The notes under the pieces are model-generated. The model did no database searches, was not told where the DNA came from, and saw only the letters and a list, made by a program, of their open reading frames with translations. A program made the position numbers and the translations under genes. A DNA stretch of 64,000 bases from a virus (taxonomy: Duplodnaviria; Caudoviricetes), in IMG/VR virus record IMGVR_UViG_3300046170_000323, one strand, 5' to 3'. Shown here one piece after another: positions 7,772 through 17,303 of this stretch; position 1 is the first letter of the stretch; each line of letters opens with the position of its first letter.

Positions 7772-8172
7772 TGAAAAGTTTAGTTGATAAAATACCAGAA
7801 TTTTGTATGAGCCATTGGTTACTTCGTATTCCATTGGCCATCGTATTCCTTCAACAGGGCCTTGATAAATGGCCCGTTGATGCCGCAACTGCAGAGTCTT
7901 TTGCACTCCCATTGATTGTTTGGGTCTTTGTTGTTTACGGTGAACTTGGTTCGGGTGTTGGATTACTTGTTGGTGGAATACTCGCCAACTGGTTCAAAGA
8001 GTTTGGTGATTTGATTACACGATTTAGTGGTATTACAATTTGTAGTATTATGACAGGTGTTATCTGGATCGGCGAACCTGAGAGTTTTATGGATGTAATC
8101 CTGTACGATAACTTCCACGTTCTCTTGTGGGTTGGTGGAATGTTTTTTGCACTGAGAGGTAATAGAACTTGA
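7771..8172 (+). CDS. DoxX family membrane protein
   Basis: LLRIPLAIVFLQQGLDK...GELGSGVGLLVG...TRFSG; about 4 TM helices; TAATG-coupled to pseudoazurin. Confidence 0.8.
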   Translation: MKSLVDKIPEFCMSHWLLRIPLAIVFLQQGLDKWPVDAATAESFALPLIVWVFVVYGELGSGVGLLVGGILANWFKEFGDLITRFSGITICSIMTGVIWIGEPESFMDVILYDNFHVLLWVGGMFFALRGNRT

Positions 8173-8318
8173 TACAATGGTATGACATTGTTGCGGCAAT
8201 AATTTGTTCGTGGTTTATGATGAATTTCTTTTTCGTTCCATTTATCGGCCCTATTCTTGCATATGGAATATATGAGGGATGGGTGCAGGGATATTGTGAA
8301 TATAGAAGGAAGATGTAA
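8169..8318 (+). CDS. Small membrane protein (49 aa)
   Basis: TTG start overlapping the DoxX stop, GAGG RBS; IQWYDIVAAIICSWFMMNFFFVPFIGPILAYGIY. Confidence 0.55.
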   Translation: MIQWYDIVAAIICSWFMMNFFFVPFIGPILAYGIYEGWVQGYCEYRRKM

Positions 8319-8554
8319 TGTACACCGTCGAGTTTGATATGGATGAAGTGGCAATTACAATATTAGACGACACAGGTAATCATGGTGATTTAAAAATTCT
8401 CGCATATGATGACCTCGTCTATATTTGCCAAGAAGATGATGAAAGTGATATACCGAATATATTAGAGATCAATCCTCAGATGTGGGAAGAGTTGATAAAT
8501 GCAATTCATTCTCCAGAAGGAAGTTTTGTTACAGTAAGGAGAAGTGAAAGATGA
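8318..8554 (+). CDS. Hypothetical acidic protein
   Basis: 78-aa ORF, TAATG coupling. Confidence 0.7.
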   Translation: MYTVEFDMDEVAITILDDTGNHGDLKILAYDDLVYICQEDDESDIPNILEINPQMWEELINAIHSPEGSFVTVRRSER

Positions 8555-8730
8555 CAGAAGGCCCATTTCAAGCTGCCTTTGACAGTGATGTTGAAGGTGT
8601 TATACGCAGAGAGATTGTCACATATCGTATGAAGAACGGTATGATGGTAAAGGAATCTGCGTGTCGAGACTATTATGAATCAGGTGATTACCACGATAGT
8701 CAAAACAACATGCCATTAGTTAGTCGATAA
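8551..8730 (+). CDS. Hypothetical protein (59 aa)
   Basis: MTEGPFQAAFDSDVEGVIRRE...; ends at the terminators. Confidence 0.6.
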   Translation: MTEGPFQAAFDSDVEGVIRREIVTYRMKNGMMVKESACRDYYESGDYHDSQNNMPLVSR

Positions 8731-8755
8731 AAAAAGGGAGATCCGAAGATCTCCC
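8729..8755 (-). terminator. Rho-independent terminator for gp23 with C(UUCG)G tetraloop
   Basis: Minus strand GGGAGATC-TTCG-GATCTCCC-T7. Confidence 0.85.
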
Positions 8756-8774
8756 CAAGTCTGGTAGTAAAGTG

Positions 8775-8800
8775 GGGCGGTTATATCCGCCCTTCTTTTT
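8775..8800 (+). terminator. Rho-independent terminator for the plus-strand cassette
   Basis: GGGCGG-TTATAT-CCGCCC-TTCTTTTT. Confidence 0.75.
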
Positions 8801-8807
8801 ATTTGGA

Positions 8808-10136
8808 TCAGAACAAGTTGCTGATGCGAACTCTTCTGTAGTACTGGTTGGTGTTCTGTGTAAGAGCACCCTGTGTTGCAGCAGCAGTACCGTCTGCGAA
8901 TGGGTTCGATACCATACCGTAACGAGTTTTGAACCCGATTTTTGGCTGGAATGAGTTCTCACCCACGGCACGAACCATCTGTAGTGGTACGTATGGGCAG
9001 TAGAACAGACCTGCATCGAATGCAGATGAACCTTTGTATCCAACAACCATGTAGTTTGAACCAGCATATGGATCAATGTACACTCTGTAACGTCCGTTAA
9101 GAACACCAGCGAATGTGTTACCAGTTGTGTCAACTTCCAGTGAGTTGCTGTTAAGAGCAGGAGTGTAATCAAGTACACCTGCCATCTGCAGAGCAGATGC
9201 AACGTCTGAAGAACAGATCACAATGTTACCTTTACCTCTGCGTGTAGCAGTTGCAATTGCGTTTGCTTCCTGTTCGATCTGGAACATCAGACCTTTGAAC
9301 TTCTCAACTGACCAACGTCCGTTTGCGTCAACGTCAAGATCGAAGATACCAGCAGCAGCAGTTGCCGCAGCACCTGCAACAGCAGTACCGTAGATTGTAC
9401 GTACAACTTCACGGTTGATCTCAGTCAGAATTTCTGACTGCAAGATGTTCGCAAGTTCTGTCTCTGCGTCGAGACCGTGAACTGCTTTAAGATCCTGTGC
9501 GAGTTCAGTGGTGTATTCCGCTTTCAACGCACGTGTTTTCGCAGCGACTGTTACTTTCTCGATTGAGAACGCCATCTCTGCAAAGTTGGTTCCGCCACCG
9601 TCACCCAATGCTTCACCAGCGGCAGTGGTCATACCAGTACCAGTGTCAAAGATTGAAGTGTTAGGAACTGCACCACCAGTTGAACCGGCTTCTGCACCTG
9701 CACCTGCGAAGGTAGTGTCTGATTCACCGTGGAATACCTCAGTACCTGACTGAGATGTCTCACGTGAACGCATTGCGAAGATCAGACCAGTTGGGCCTGT
9801 CATTGGCTGTACACCAGCAATGTCATATGCAATCAAGTTTGGCATAGAACGTCTGATCAAAGATACAAGTACTGGATCGTAACCTGCTCCTGGCCCTGCG
9901 TCTGTTGCCGCACCTGTAAATCCGCCATCAGTACCTACATCGTTTGCAGGCGCTTCTGAAAGAAGTGCAGTCATGTTTGCTGAAGCGTCACCCTCTTGGC
10001 GCAGAGCTGACTCTGTGTTTTCAAGGATGGTTGCAGTTACACTTTTACGGTGCTGATCTGCAATTGGTGAAAAAGATTCGTGCTCAAGGATTGGGCCCCA
10101 CTTTTCCACAAGTTTTTGATAGTTTGACTGTGTCAT
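8808..10136 (-). CDS. gp23: Major capsid protein
   Basis: LVEKWGPIL, YDPVLVSLIRRSMPNLIAYDIAGVQPMTGPTGLIFAMR, RALKAEYTTELAQDLKAVHGLDAE, YCPYVPLQM, GFKTRYG. Confidence 0.99.
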   Translation of the reverse strand: MTQSNYQKLVEKWGPILEHESFSPIADQHRKSVTATILENTESALRQEGDASANMTALLSEAPANDVGTDGGFTGAATDAGPGAGYDPVLVSLIRRSMPNLIAYDIAGVQPMTGPTGLIFAMRSRETSQSGTEVFHGESDTTFAGAGAEAGSTGGAVPNTSIFDTGTGMTTAAGEALGDGGGTNFAEMAFSIEKVTVAAKTRALKAEYTTELAQDLKAVHGLDAETELANILQSEILTEINREVVRTIYGTAVAGAAATAAAGIFDLDVDANGRWSVEKFKGLMFQIEQEANAIATATRRGKGNIVICSSDVASALQMAGVLDYTPALNSNSLEVDTTGNTFAGVLNGRYRVYIDPYAGSNYMVVGYKGSSAFDAGLFYCPYVPLQMVRAVGENSFQPKIGFKTRYGMVSNPFADGTAAATQGALTQNTNQYYRRVRISNLF

Positions 10137-10172
10137 TTGTTTCTATCTCCTTAGTAGATTATTTACTGAATT

Positions 10173-10180
10173 TATTTATA
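10173..10180 (-). promoter_or_regulatory. T4-type late promoter
   Basis: TATAAATA between gp22 and gp23. Confidence 0.85.
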
Positions 10181-10203
10181 AAATTTATTTTTTCAGTTTT
10201 AAA

Positions 10204-11178
10204 TTATTTAGATTTTCTTGAGTTGAGAGCCTCAACGAGAGCATTGATTGTGCGATCTTCAGAGATTGGTTTTTTAATCTCTGTCTCTTCAATCATTACT
10301 TCGTCTTCTTCGTCAACAACATCGTCTTTCGGAGAAACATTCGTTTCCTTGAAGAATGACTCTTTAATAGTAGAAAGATTCTCTTTATAAGCATCTAGAT
10401 CATTTGCATCTAAATTCTCAGAAAGAACTTTCAGTCTTTCACGCTGAGACATATTGAGCTCACTCGTCATTTCCTCGAAAACAACTCCAGCATGAAGATC
10501 AGAAACTTCTTTTGTAAGACGGATATTTTCGTCTACAACTTTGTTTGACTTCTCTTCAAGATCTTTCATTTCTTCTTCGAGTTCTGAAACGATATCATAT
10601 GTTTCTTCGTCTACTTTGATGTTGTGTTCTGAGAACAAATCTTTCAAACCGTCCATCAAAGACTCTGCCATCTCTACTTTAATTCCAGCTTCGATAGCAA
10701 CTTCATTTTCCTCCATCCATTCTGAAACCACATAGTCAAGATATGCATCCAAGTTTTCGACCATGTCGCCAACTTTAGATTCCACTGCTTCAGCCAACTC
10801 TGACTCTAGTCTCTCGTTAAGTTCTTCTTCAATCTTCTGAACTTTCTGCGAAACACTTTCGTTAACTGCAGCCTCAAAAACAACTGTTACCTTGTTTCTG
10901 AATTCTTCTGAGAGATCCATGCCTTCGAAGATGTCAGCAATTGACTCTTCTACAACGATCTCTTCGATTACTTCTTCTGACTCTGGTGACTCAGCAACTA
11001 CTTCTTCATTTTCAGATACATCAGCGTCTTCTTTGTATCCTGCTTTCAAAGTTTTAGGTGCTTTATCGCCTTTTGCAGAATCAGCTTTTCTTTTTTTGTC
11101 TGAACCGCCTTCAGGTGTAACTGCGCCTGCAGCTGTTGAAACACCATCGTCAGAGACAATTTTCTTTTCATCTGCCAT
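10204..11178 (-). CDS. gp22: Prohead core scaffolding protein
   Basis: Acidic coiled coil with FEAAVN, YLDYVVSEWMEEN; lies between gp21 and gp23. Confidence 0.95.
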   Translation of the reverse strand: MADEKKIVSDDGVSTAAGAVTPEGGSDKKRKADSAKGDKAPKTLKAGYKEDADVSENEEVVAESPESEEVIEEIVVEESIADIFEGMDLSEEFRNKVTVVFEAAVNESVSQKVQKIEEELNERLESELAEAVESKVGDMVENLDAYLDYVVSEWMEENEVAIEAGIKVEMAESLMDGLKDLFSEHNIKVDEETYDIVSELEEEMKDLEEKSNKVVDENIRLTKEVSDLHAGVVFEEMTSELNMSQRERLKVLSENLDANDLDAYKENLSTIKESFFKETNVSPKDDVVDEEDEVMIEETEIKKPISEDRTINALVEALNSRKSK

Positions 11179-11222
11179 TGTTTTTCTCCTTAAATCTGAT
11201 TTGATTTATTTATTACAAAAAG

Positions 11223-11230
11223 TATTTATA
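11223..11230 (-). promoter_or_regulatory. T4-type late promoter
   Basis: TATAAATA upstream of gp22. Confidence 0.85.
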
Positions 11231-11235
11231 AAAAT

Positions 11236-11922
11236 TCAGTTTCTTAACGAACGAATAAATGTTTCAAACATCCTTGCCGCTGTTGACTCGTCGATACGCT
11301 TCGTTACCGTCCTGTATGTCTTTTCAACAGTTTCTTGAATTTCTTCAATTACTTCCTCAACTGGTTGGGTTGCAATCCAGTTGCTAGACGCAACATCATA
11401 GTAGAATTCTGTATTTTCCATAATACCATTTACAAACGCATTAGGCGCTGATGGGTCTGTAACGATATCTACTGTTGCAAGATGAAAGTCTGGTTGGACT
11501 TCCATTACGCCATTCTTCTGTTTAACAGATCCTAGTCCACGTGTGGATACTCCACAACGAACACCTTCGTCGATAAACGTCTTTACGATTTCTCCCATAG
11601 GAGTACCAAGAATCTTGGCCTTTCCGTAGAAATCATTTCCTTCCCTATTCATCTGTGTGATCAGGTGAGAAACTCTATCTCCATTGATTTGAGGGCCGTC
11701 TGGGTGACCTAACTCACCAAGGGCACGCTTCGTGTCAATGAAGTCTTTTTGATAACGGTTCATTTCATTCTCTAGAACCTCACTAGGATAGATACGACCA
11801 TTACGATTCTTGAGGTTACCTTGCATGAAGATACCCTCAATAAAGAAGTTCTTTTTATTAGTCGCTTCATCTAGTTCTGTGAGAACATTCATGTCCTCTG
11901 TAACTTCTGAAATGAGCTTCAT
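11236..11922 (-). CDS. gp21: Prohead protease
   Basis: IEGIFMQ...NRNGRIYP, ALGELGHP, VSHLI, GVSTRGLGS, DIVTDPSAPNAFVNGIME. Confidence 0.98.
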   Translation of the reverse strand: MKLISEVTEDMNVLTELDEATNKKNFFIEGIFMQGNLKNRNGRIYPSEVLENEMNRYQKDFIDTKRALGELGHPDGPQINGDRVSHLITQMNREGNDFYGKAKILGTPMGEIVKTFIDEGVRCGVSTRGLGSVKQKNGVMEVQPDFHLATVDIVTDPSAPNAFVNGIMENTEFYYDVASSNWIATQPVEEVIEEIQETVEKTYRTVTKRIDESTAARMFETFIRSLRN

Positions 11923-11954
11923 GTCTCTATTCCTCTCAACGAATTAATTTCTTT

Positions 11955-11962
11955 TATTTATA
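11955..11962 (-). promoter_or_regulatory. T4-type late promoter
   Basis: TATAAATA upstream of gp21. Confidence 0.85.
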
Positions 11963-11983
11963 AATTTTACGACTTATATGCCA

Positions 11984-12217
11984 CTAAACACGTGCATCGT
12001 AGTAATTCTTATTCAATTCTCCACGAACGGTTGTCTCACCCACCTTCCTACATCTAATGTAGGTTTCTTGTGTATTACCACCATTTGGTGGGGTGAAAGA
12101 TCTAACTCCACCCGACACTGTTCCGTTCATATCATCATATGTGTCACTGTCACTCGCAAGTGCAGCGTTGTCGTATTCCCAAATACTGTTACTGCCTGGG
12201 ACTACAACGTATGCCAT
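11984..12217 (-). CDS. Head-region hypothetical protein (gp68 position)
   Basis: 77-aa ORF between portal-downstream genes and gp21, same strand. Confidence 0.7.
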   Translation of the reverse strand: MAYVVVPGSNSIWEYDNAALASDSDTYDDMNGTVSGGVRSFTPPNGGNTQETYIRCRKVGETTVRGELNKNYYDARV

Positions 12218-13136
12218 TTATGATGCTTCCTTCGCAAACTTCAACATCTCTGCGAACGTCTTTGCGTTCTTCATCAGATCCGCTTCCATCTGTTTACGGT
12301 TTTTAGCACCGACTGATTTCATCATACTTTCCAATGCAGCTGCATCGTCTTTAGATAGATTAACAGTCTTACCGTCTTTCAGTTTCATCTTACCCTGTTT
12401 AAATGCTTCTTGGATTGACTCATAGTAACCACCATAAGATGCATTGTACTGGTCTTCGTCTGATGGACGATCCATCATAGACATTTCACCTTCTGCATAT
12501 GCATGTAGACTTTTCATCTGTGCAAAAGCATATGCAAGTTTGTTTTGATACCATTCTTCTGGATCCGATACTTCCATCAGATAGTCATCGATTTCTCTCG
12601 CAGCGTATACGATGAATGCCAACTGTTGACGCATCATTGGAATTTCCTGTTGTGGATTTTCCATAACCAACGCATCAATTGCCTCTGCGACTTTATCTGG
12701 CATCCCTTTATGTTTGGTCTTTGCAAAATCCTCTAAGTCTTTTTCAGACATAGACTTCGCAAGTTCTTTGACCTCATCAGATGCTTCGTCGTCTTCCATC
12801 TCACCACGTTTAAAGGCAAGAGCCATCGCCATCAACTTCTGTTGTGACTTAGATACAGCTTTTTTCCTGTAGACTCTCAGACTCCTCATCGTCGTCTTCT
12901 CCATCCGCACTTTCTTCGTATGCTTGGTCATAGGCCTTTTCATCTTCGCCTGCAACATAATCAGAAAGACGTTTCAATGCACGACCTTTGCCCTGAATCT
13001 CTCCAGTGAACTGACTAGGTTCGGCCACAGGATGATCAAAGACCTGAATCTTGTGCTGATCTTTGAACTTTTGTTCCTCTGGGTTGTTAGGTTGTGCAAC
13101 CTCTTTAACCGTGAATATGTCTTTAAAGGATTTCAT
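12218..13136 (-). CDS. Prohead-core-region protein containing DUF3008 (~305 aa after removing one extra base at 12860-12865)
   Basis: ORFs 12849..13136 and 12218..12958 fuse as ...ESLQEK-AVSKSQQKLMAMALAFKRGE...KSMSEKDLEDFAKTKHKGMP (DUF3008-like); repaired length is a multiple of 3. Confidence 0.75.
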
Positions 13137-13176
13137 TGTTCTGTTCCTATATCTCTTAATCTATTAGTTTTATTTA

Positions 13177-14700
13177 TTAAACGTCAAATTCATCTTCGGC
13201 TGAACCGAATTCTTCTTTTTCAGTTTCAATCTGTTCACGTTCGTCTTTGAATTCTTCTTCAGACATCATCAAGATATTCTTGACTACCCAATTACGTGAA
13301 TAGTAAACACCAACATGTTCTTCAACATCTCTTAGAGTTGTCATACGTTCACGAATAATCTCAGACTGTTTGAGTTCTTCGAAGTAGTTGTCCTTTATGA
13401 AATCATAACGAATTTGGTTTTTGATTTCTTCAAATTCTTCTGGGCCCATTACACCCTTAAGAATCAATTGTTTCTCTAGGATGATATTGAATATTCCAGA
13501 GAAACGAGCACGAACACGACGAATAAATTTACCAAACTTAAGTTCATCACGAGTGATCTCAGATACACGACCAAATGTCGCCATAGTTTCTGGTTCAAGT
13601 CTCGAAATTGGAACCTTAAGTGATTTGTATAATTTACGTTGGAAATACTGTAGGTTCTCGTCAGTTGAAAGTGCCTGTGCACCACCGCCTGCAAGAGTAT
13701 CAACCTCTGTAGATCTCTCACCACCACGACGAGGGAACCAGAAGTCTTCTGTCATTGTCATCATCTTACGGGCATCAGTGATTTCACCAGTTGCAGAGTT
13801 ATACTGCAGTTTGTTCTTATGACGTACCATCATATCACGTAGGTATTGTTCTGCCTTCGCCTTTGGAAGGTTACCAACGTCGATATAAAAGATTCGTCTC
13901 TCTGGTGCACGAGTCAACGTATAGATGACAGTTGCGTCTTCCAACATTCTTAACTGGTTGAGAGGTTTGATTGCTGGGTGCAATTGACCAAGAACCAAAG
14001 AGTTACTTTCATTCATCAAACCAGATGTCACACGAGCTACTGAGTCTTTTGATATTCTGTGTGTGTTATCACGTCCACCCATATTGGTTGAACTGTTTCC
14101 AAAACCTGTGTCCGAATAAATGTAGTATTCGTTCTTTACTTTCTTGGTAGGGATGCCTGAGGCGCCATCTCTTGCCTTCTTGTCAATCTCACGAATGAGT
14201 TTGATTTTTCTTGGGTCAACGTATCGGAGTTCCACAACTCCTCTTTTAAGATCTTCTTCATCAATGATAATGTGAAAATTAAGTCTTCCATCTACGTAGA
14301 ACCTACTGAATAAATCATATGCGGTATTAGTAAAGTCCATAAGACTCAACACGTTTTCAAATTCTTCTTGCACAGCTTCTTTGATTTTGTCTGGCAAATC
14401 GATTTCATCCAAGATGATTTCGACAACTTGATCGTAACTATCTACCGAAATTGCTTCGTTGATAACTTCGTCAATCGCCTGTGCAATCTCAGGCTGCATT
14501 GCCATATGTCGATACTTTGTGACAAGTTCAGATTCTGTTTTAGCAGAACCTTCCATGTCCAACATAGTACCATAAAATCCACCAAGTGCGTTACCGACTG
14601 TAATCGCACCGTCATCATTTTGAGGCTCGACGAAAGAAACAGGTTGCGCCTGTTCCTCTCCGTCTAATTGCCTCTTGATTTCAAAACCAAAAATTCGCAT
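13177..14700 (-). CDS. gp20: Portal protein
   Basis: MRIFGFEI, YVDGRL, LRYVDPRKI, RAPERRIFYIDVGNLPK, EDFWFPRRGG, ITRDELKF. Confidence 0.99.
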   Translation of the reverse strand: MRIFGFEIKRQLDGEEQAQPVSFVEPQNDDGAITVGNALGGFYGTMLDMEGSAKTESELVTKYRHMAMQPEIAQAIDEVINEAISVDSYDQVVEIILDEIDLPDKIKEAVQEEFENVLSLMDFTNTAYDLFSRFYVDGRLNFHIIIDEEDLKRGVVELRYVDPRKIKLIREIDKKARDGASGIPTKKVKNEYYIYSDTGFGNSSTNMGGRDNTHRISKDSVARVTSGLMNESNSLVLGQLHPAIKPLNQLRMLEDATVIYTLTRAPERRIFYIDVGNLPKAKAEQYLRDMMVRHKNKLQYNSATGEITDARKMMTMTEDFWFPRRGGERSTEVDTLAGGGAQALSTDENLQYFQRKLYKSLKVPISRLEPETMATFGRVSEITRDELKFGKFIRRVRARFSGIFNIILEKQLILKGVMGPEEFEEIKNQIRYDFIKDNYFEELKQSEIIRERMTTLRDVEEHVGVYYSRNWVVKNILMMSEEEFKDEREQIETEKEEFGSAEDEFDV

Positions 14701-14719
14701 TATATCATCCTATAAAATA

Positions 14720-15253
14720 TTAAGAAGTAGAAATACCAGTCGCACCCTCTACTCGCCAAAAGTCGTACTGGAACGTGACGGTAAATTCTTCGATCTGGTC
14801 TGTAGAACTCCAGTCCATCGCAATCTCTGAGATTGACAATGGGAACATACCTTCGAAAATGTATGTACGTAATGGAGATCCATCTTTTGAATACTGTGTT
14901 ATCAAACCATTTGATTTGTAATCTTGTGGAAGTGTTCTAGTGTTCGCATCATGTGCTGCGATACTGTTAGACCATGTTTCCATTGCGTTACGAATCAAGA
15001 AGTCTTCATCGTTGATAATCGTCACTGTCCAATCACCGAATGTTCTGTCACCTGCATATTTAACTTCTCGTCCAAAGTAAGGAACAGTGTAGGTTCCCAG
15101 AGTTGATTCTGGGATCCCTGCTGCCTTTGCCATGAAAGGGAATTTAAAGTCTGCGGCTGGAACAATCGGGTTTGTGATCTGACATTGGAACAGGGTGGGG
15201 CGTGCGCCTCCACCTGTCAGTTCCGATTTAAACTCGTTTATGTTAAAAGCCAT
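14720..15253 (-). CDS. gp19: Tail tube protein
   Basis: GGARPTLF, YFGREVKYAGDRTFGDWTVTIIND, QIEEFTVTFQYD. Confidence 0.98.
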   Translation of the reverse strand: MAFNINEFKSELTGGGARPTLFQCQITNPIVPAADFKFPFMAKAAGIPESTLGTYTVPYFGREVKYAGDRTFGDWTVTIINDEDFLIRNAMETWSNSIAAHDANTRTLPQDYKSNGLITQYSKDGSPLRTYIFEGMFPLSISEIAMDWSSTDQIEEFTVTFQYDFWRVEGATGISTS

Positions 15254-15266
15254 ATCTTACCTCTCC

Positions 15267-17230
15267 TTAAGTCAACTGTCCAACGATCTCGTCGAATTCG
15301 ACTCCAGATCTTGTTGCGACAAATGTAAGTTCGATTACGTTAATTGAACGGGCAGGTTTAATGAAGATACTCGCTTTAAACATGTTTGCATCAATGACCT
15401 GTGGTGTGTTCACAGTTGCATCTGATACGACTCTGAAATCGATGATTCCTCGTCTACCTTGTATCTCACGCAAGAACGGTTCTACAATGTTGCGGAACTG
15501 AGTTTGCGTAAACTCGTCATTAAGTTCAAACAAGAACGATTGCGCTGCAGTTGCAATTGATTTTTCGACTGCGATAAACAATCTACGTACGTTAATCCTA
15601 TCAAATGCACTTGCAAAACCTTGTCCAGTCTTGTCACCAAACAACAAAATACCTTGTCCTACCTGTGAAATAACTGGGTTCACATCTGAACTGTACAGTT
15701 GATCTCTTTGTGATTTGTTCGGGTTGAATGCAAGTTTGATAACATTCTTGATTACACCCTTACGATAACCTGCCGGAGATTCAAAGACTTGAACTCGTGA
15801 ACACAGACCTGCCATGTCACCGTTCAATGGAGTCCAACGATATTGATCATTGTATTTGTCATACCGATATTTATACCCACTGTCCATCATCATATAAGAT
15901 GATGCAGTAAGTTTATTTCGATATGCAATTACATTCGTCATTTTAGCGTTTGTTTTCAGTGTATCTACCACTGCTTCTTTCGAAGGTGAAACAAATGCAA
16001 CACAGTCACGTCTAGTGTCTGCGATATTTGAAATGATGTAGTTTGCGATTTGACCGTTGTCATCACCTTTACCTTGTAGGATGAAAGAGATGTCGATTTC
16101 GTTTGCACTCTGGAATGAATCAATTGCAAGAGCAGTTGCACCGAATGATGCAGAACCTTCTGCAGTACCATCAGATCCACCAGAAAGAACTTCGTATGCA
16201 GTTGTTGCTGCTTCGAAGTGTGCGTTGTTTGCCACATTTACCCACGCTGAGAGATTTGTAATCACATCATTGTAGTAGTTTGTGCGTCCATCTGAGGTTG
16301 TAGCGCCTGGAGTAGTTGAAAGGTTTTCGAACTTTTCTAGTACTGTACCTCTTACTCCACCGATATCACCAGTTCTGTCGATGACTGCAATGTGGTAGTT
16401 GTTTGCGTCTGCCGCTTTACCAAATAGGTTTGCGTATTTCCACTCTCTATCGATTTTCAGTTTATTCAATGCAGTTTCTGCAAGAGTATACTTTCTGTCG
16501 AATGTGAAATCGTATTCGTATATCGCAATCGCTGCAGAGTTTGCAGTTGGTGTGAATGTTGCGTCATACGCTGTTTCTACTAGTGTAGTAATGTTCAACT
16601 GTTGATAACCGACTGAGTCGTTACCAATAACAATTGTATCACCGCTATTAATTGATGTCAGTTGTGAGGTATTTGCAACTTGGAACGTCATTGTTGTTCC
16701 AGCAAATCCGATAGTCTGTTGTGCAACAGTTCCTGTATATAAGATCTGTTGATTTGGAATATCGCCTACATCTATTACCGATTCTTCAAACTCTGCGCCC
16801 TTTACGTATGCAACATCAATTGCGTTACCCAAATCACCGATATGTTTCGCTTCGAATGCAGCAAACGTTGAGTTTGCAGTATCTAAAGTTCCAGACACGT
16901 CTGTGTTTGCGATAATTGTGTTTGCTGGGAAGAATACATAATCGTATGCATCTGCCTTTGCGGATCCAGAGGTTTCTGCACGTGCAACGAACAATGCGTT
17001 GGAATATGCAAGATAATCTGCTGCTGTAAAGAATGTTTCGTAGTTGTCATCGCCTGGCTTACCAAAACGATCTACGAGTTGAGTCTCTGAAGTAATAAGA
17101 ATTGGTTCGTTAGTAGGGCCCCCAGCGAAATACGCCCGCAATTGCAGCTGGGGGCGTTGCAATGGCTGGGACGACTTGGCTCGCATCTACTTCTCGAACT
17201 ATGACGGAAGGACTTACGGAAAAAAGCCAT
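15267..17230 (-). CDS. gp18: Tail sheath protein (~653 aa after removing two extra bases, at 17220-17225 and 17119-17123)
   Basis: Repaired N-terminus MAFSVSPSVIVREVDA...AGVFRWGPTNEP; C-terminus FESPAGYRKG, LFGDKT, FDRINVRRLF, IKPARSIN. Confidence 0.97.
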
Positions 17231-17283
17231 ATTTTTCTCCTTTGAATAAATTTAGTTTTTTTATCAGTTCATATCACTGTTTT

Positions 17284-17291
17284 TATTTATA
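17284..17291 (-). promoter_or_regulatory. T4-type late promoter
   Basis: TATAAATA upstream of gp18. Confidence 0.85.
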
Positions 17292-17303
17292 AAAACAAAA
17301 GGT

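Noticed and set aside
8720-10390. Overlapping ORFs 8720..9202, 9508..9753 and 9944..10390
   Set aside because: They are shadow frames of gp23 and gp22
17119-17225. Programmed frameshifting or pseudogenisation of gp18 and other split genes
   Set aside because: All eight events are single insertions in short runs, two lie in an essential gene's first 40 codons, and no recoding signals are evident; sequencing error is more parsimonious
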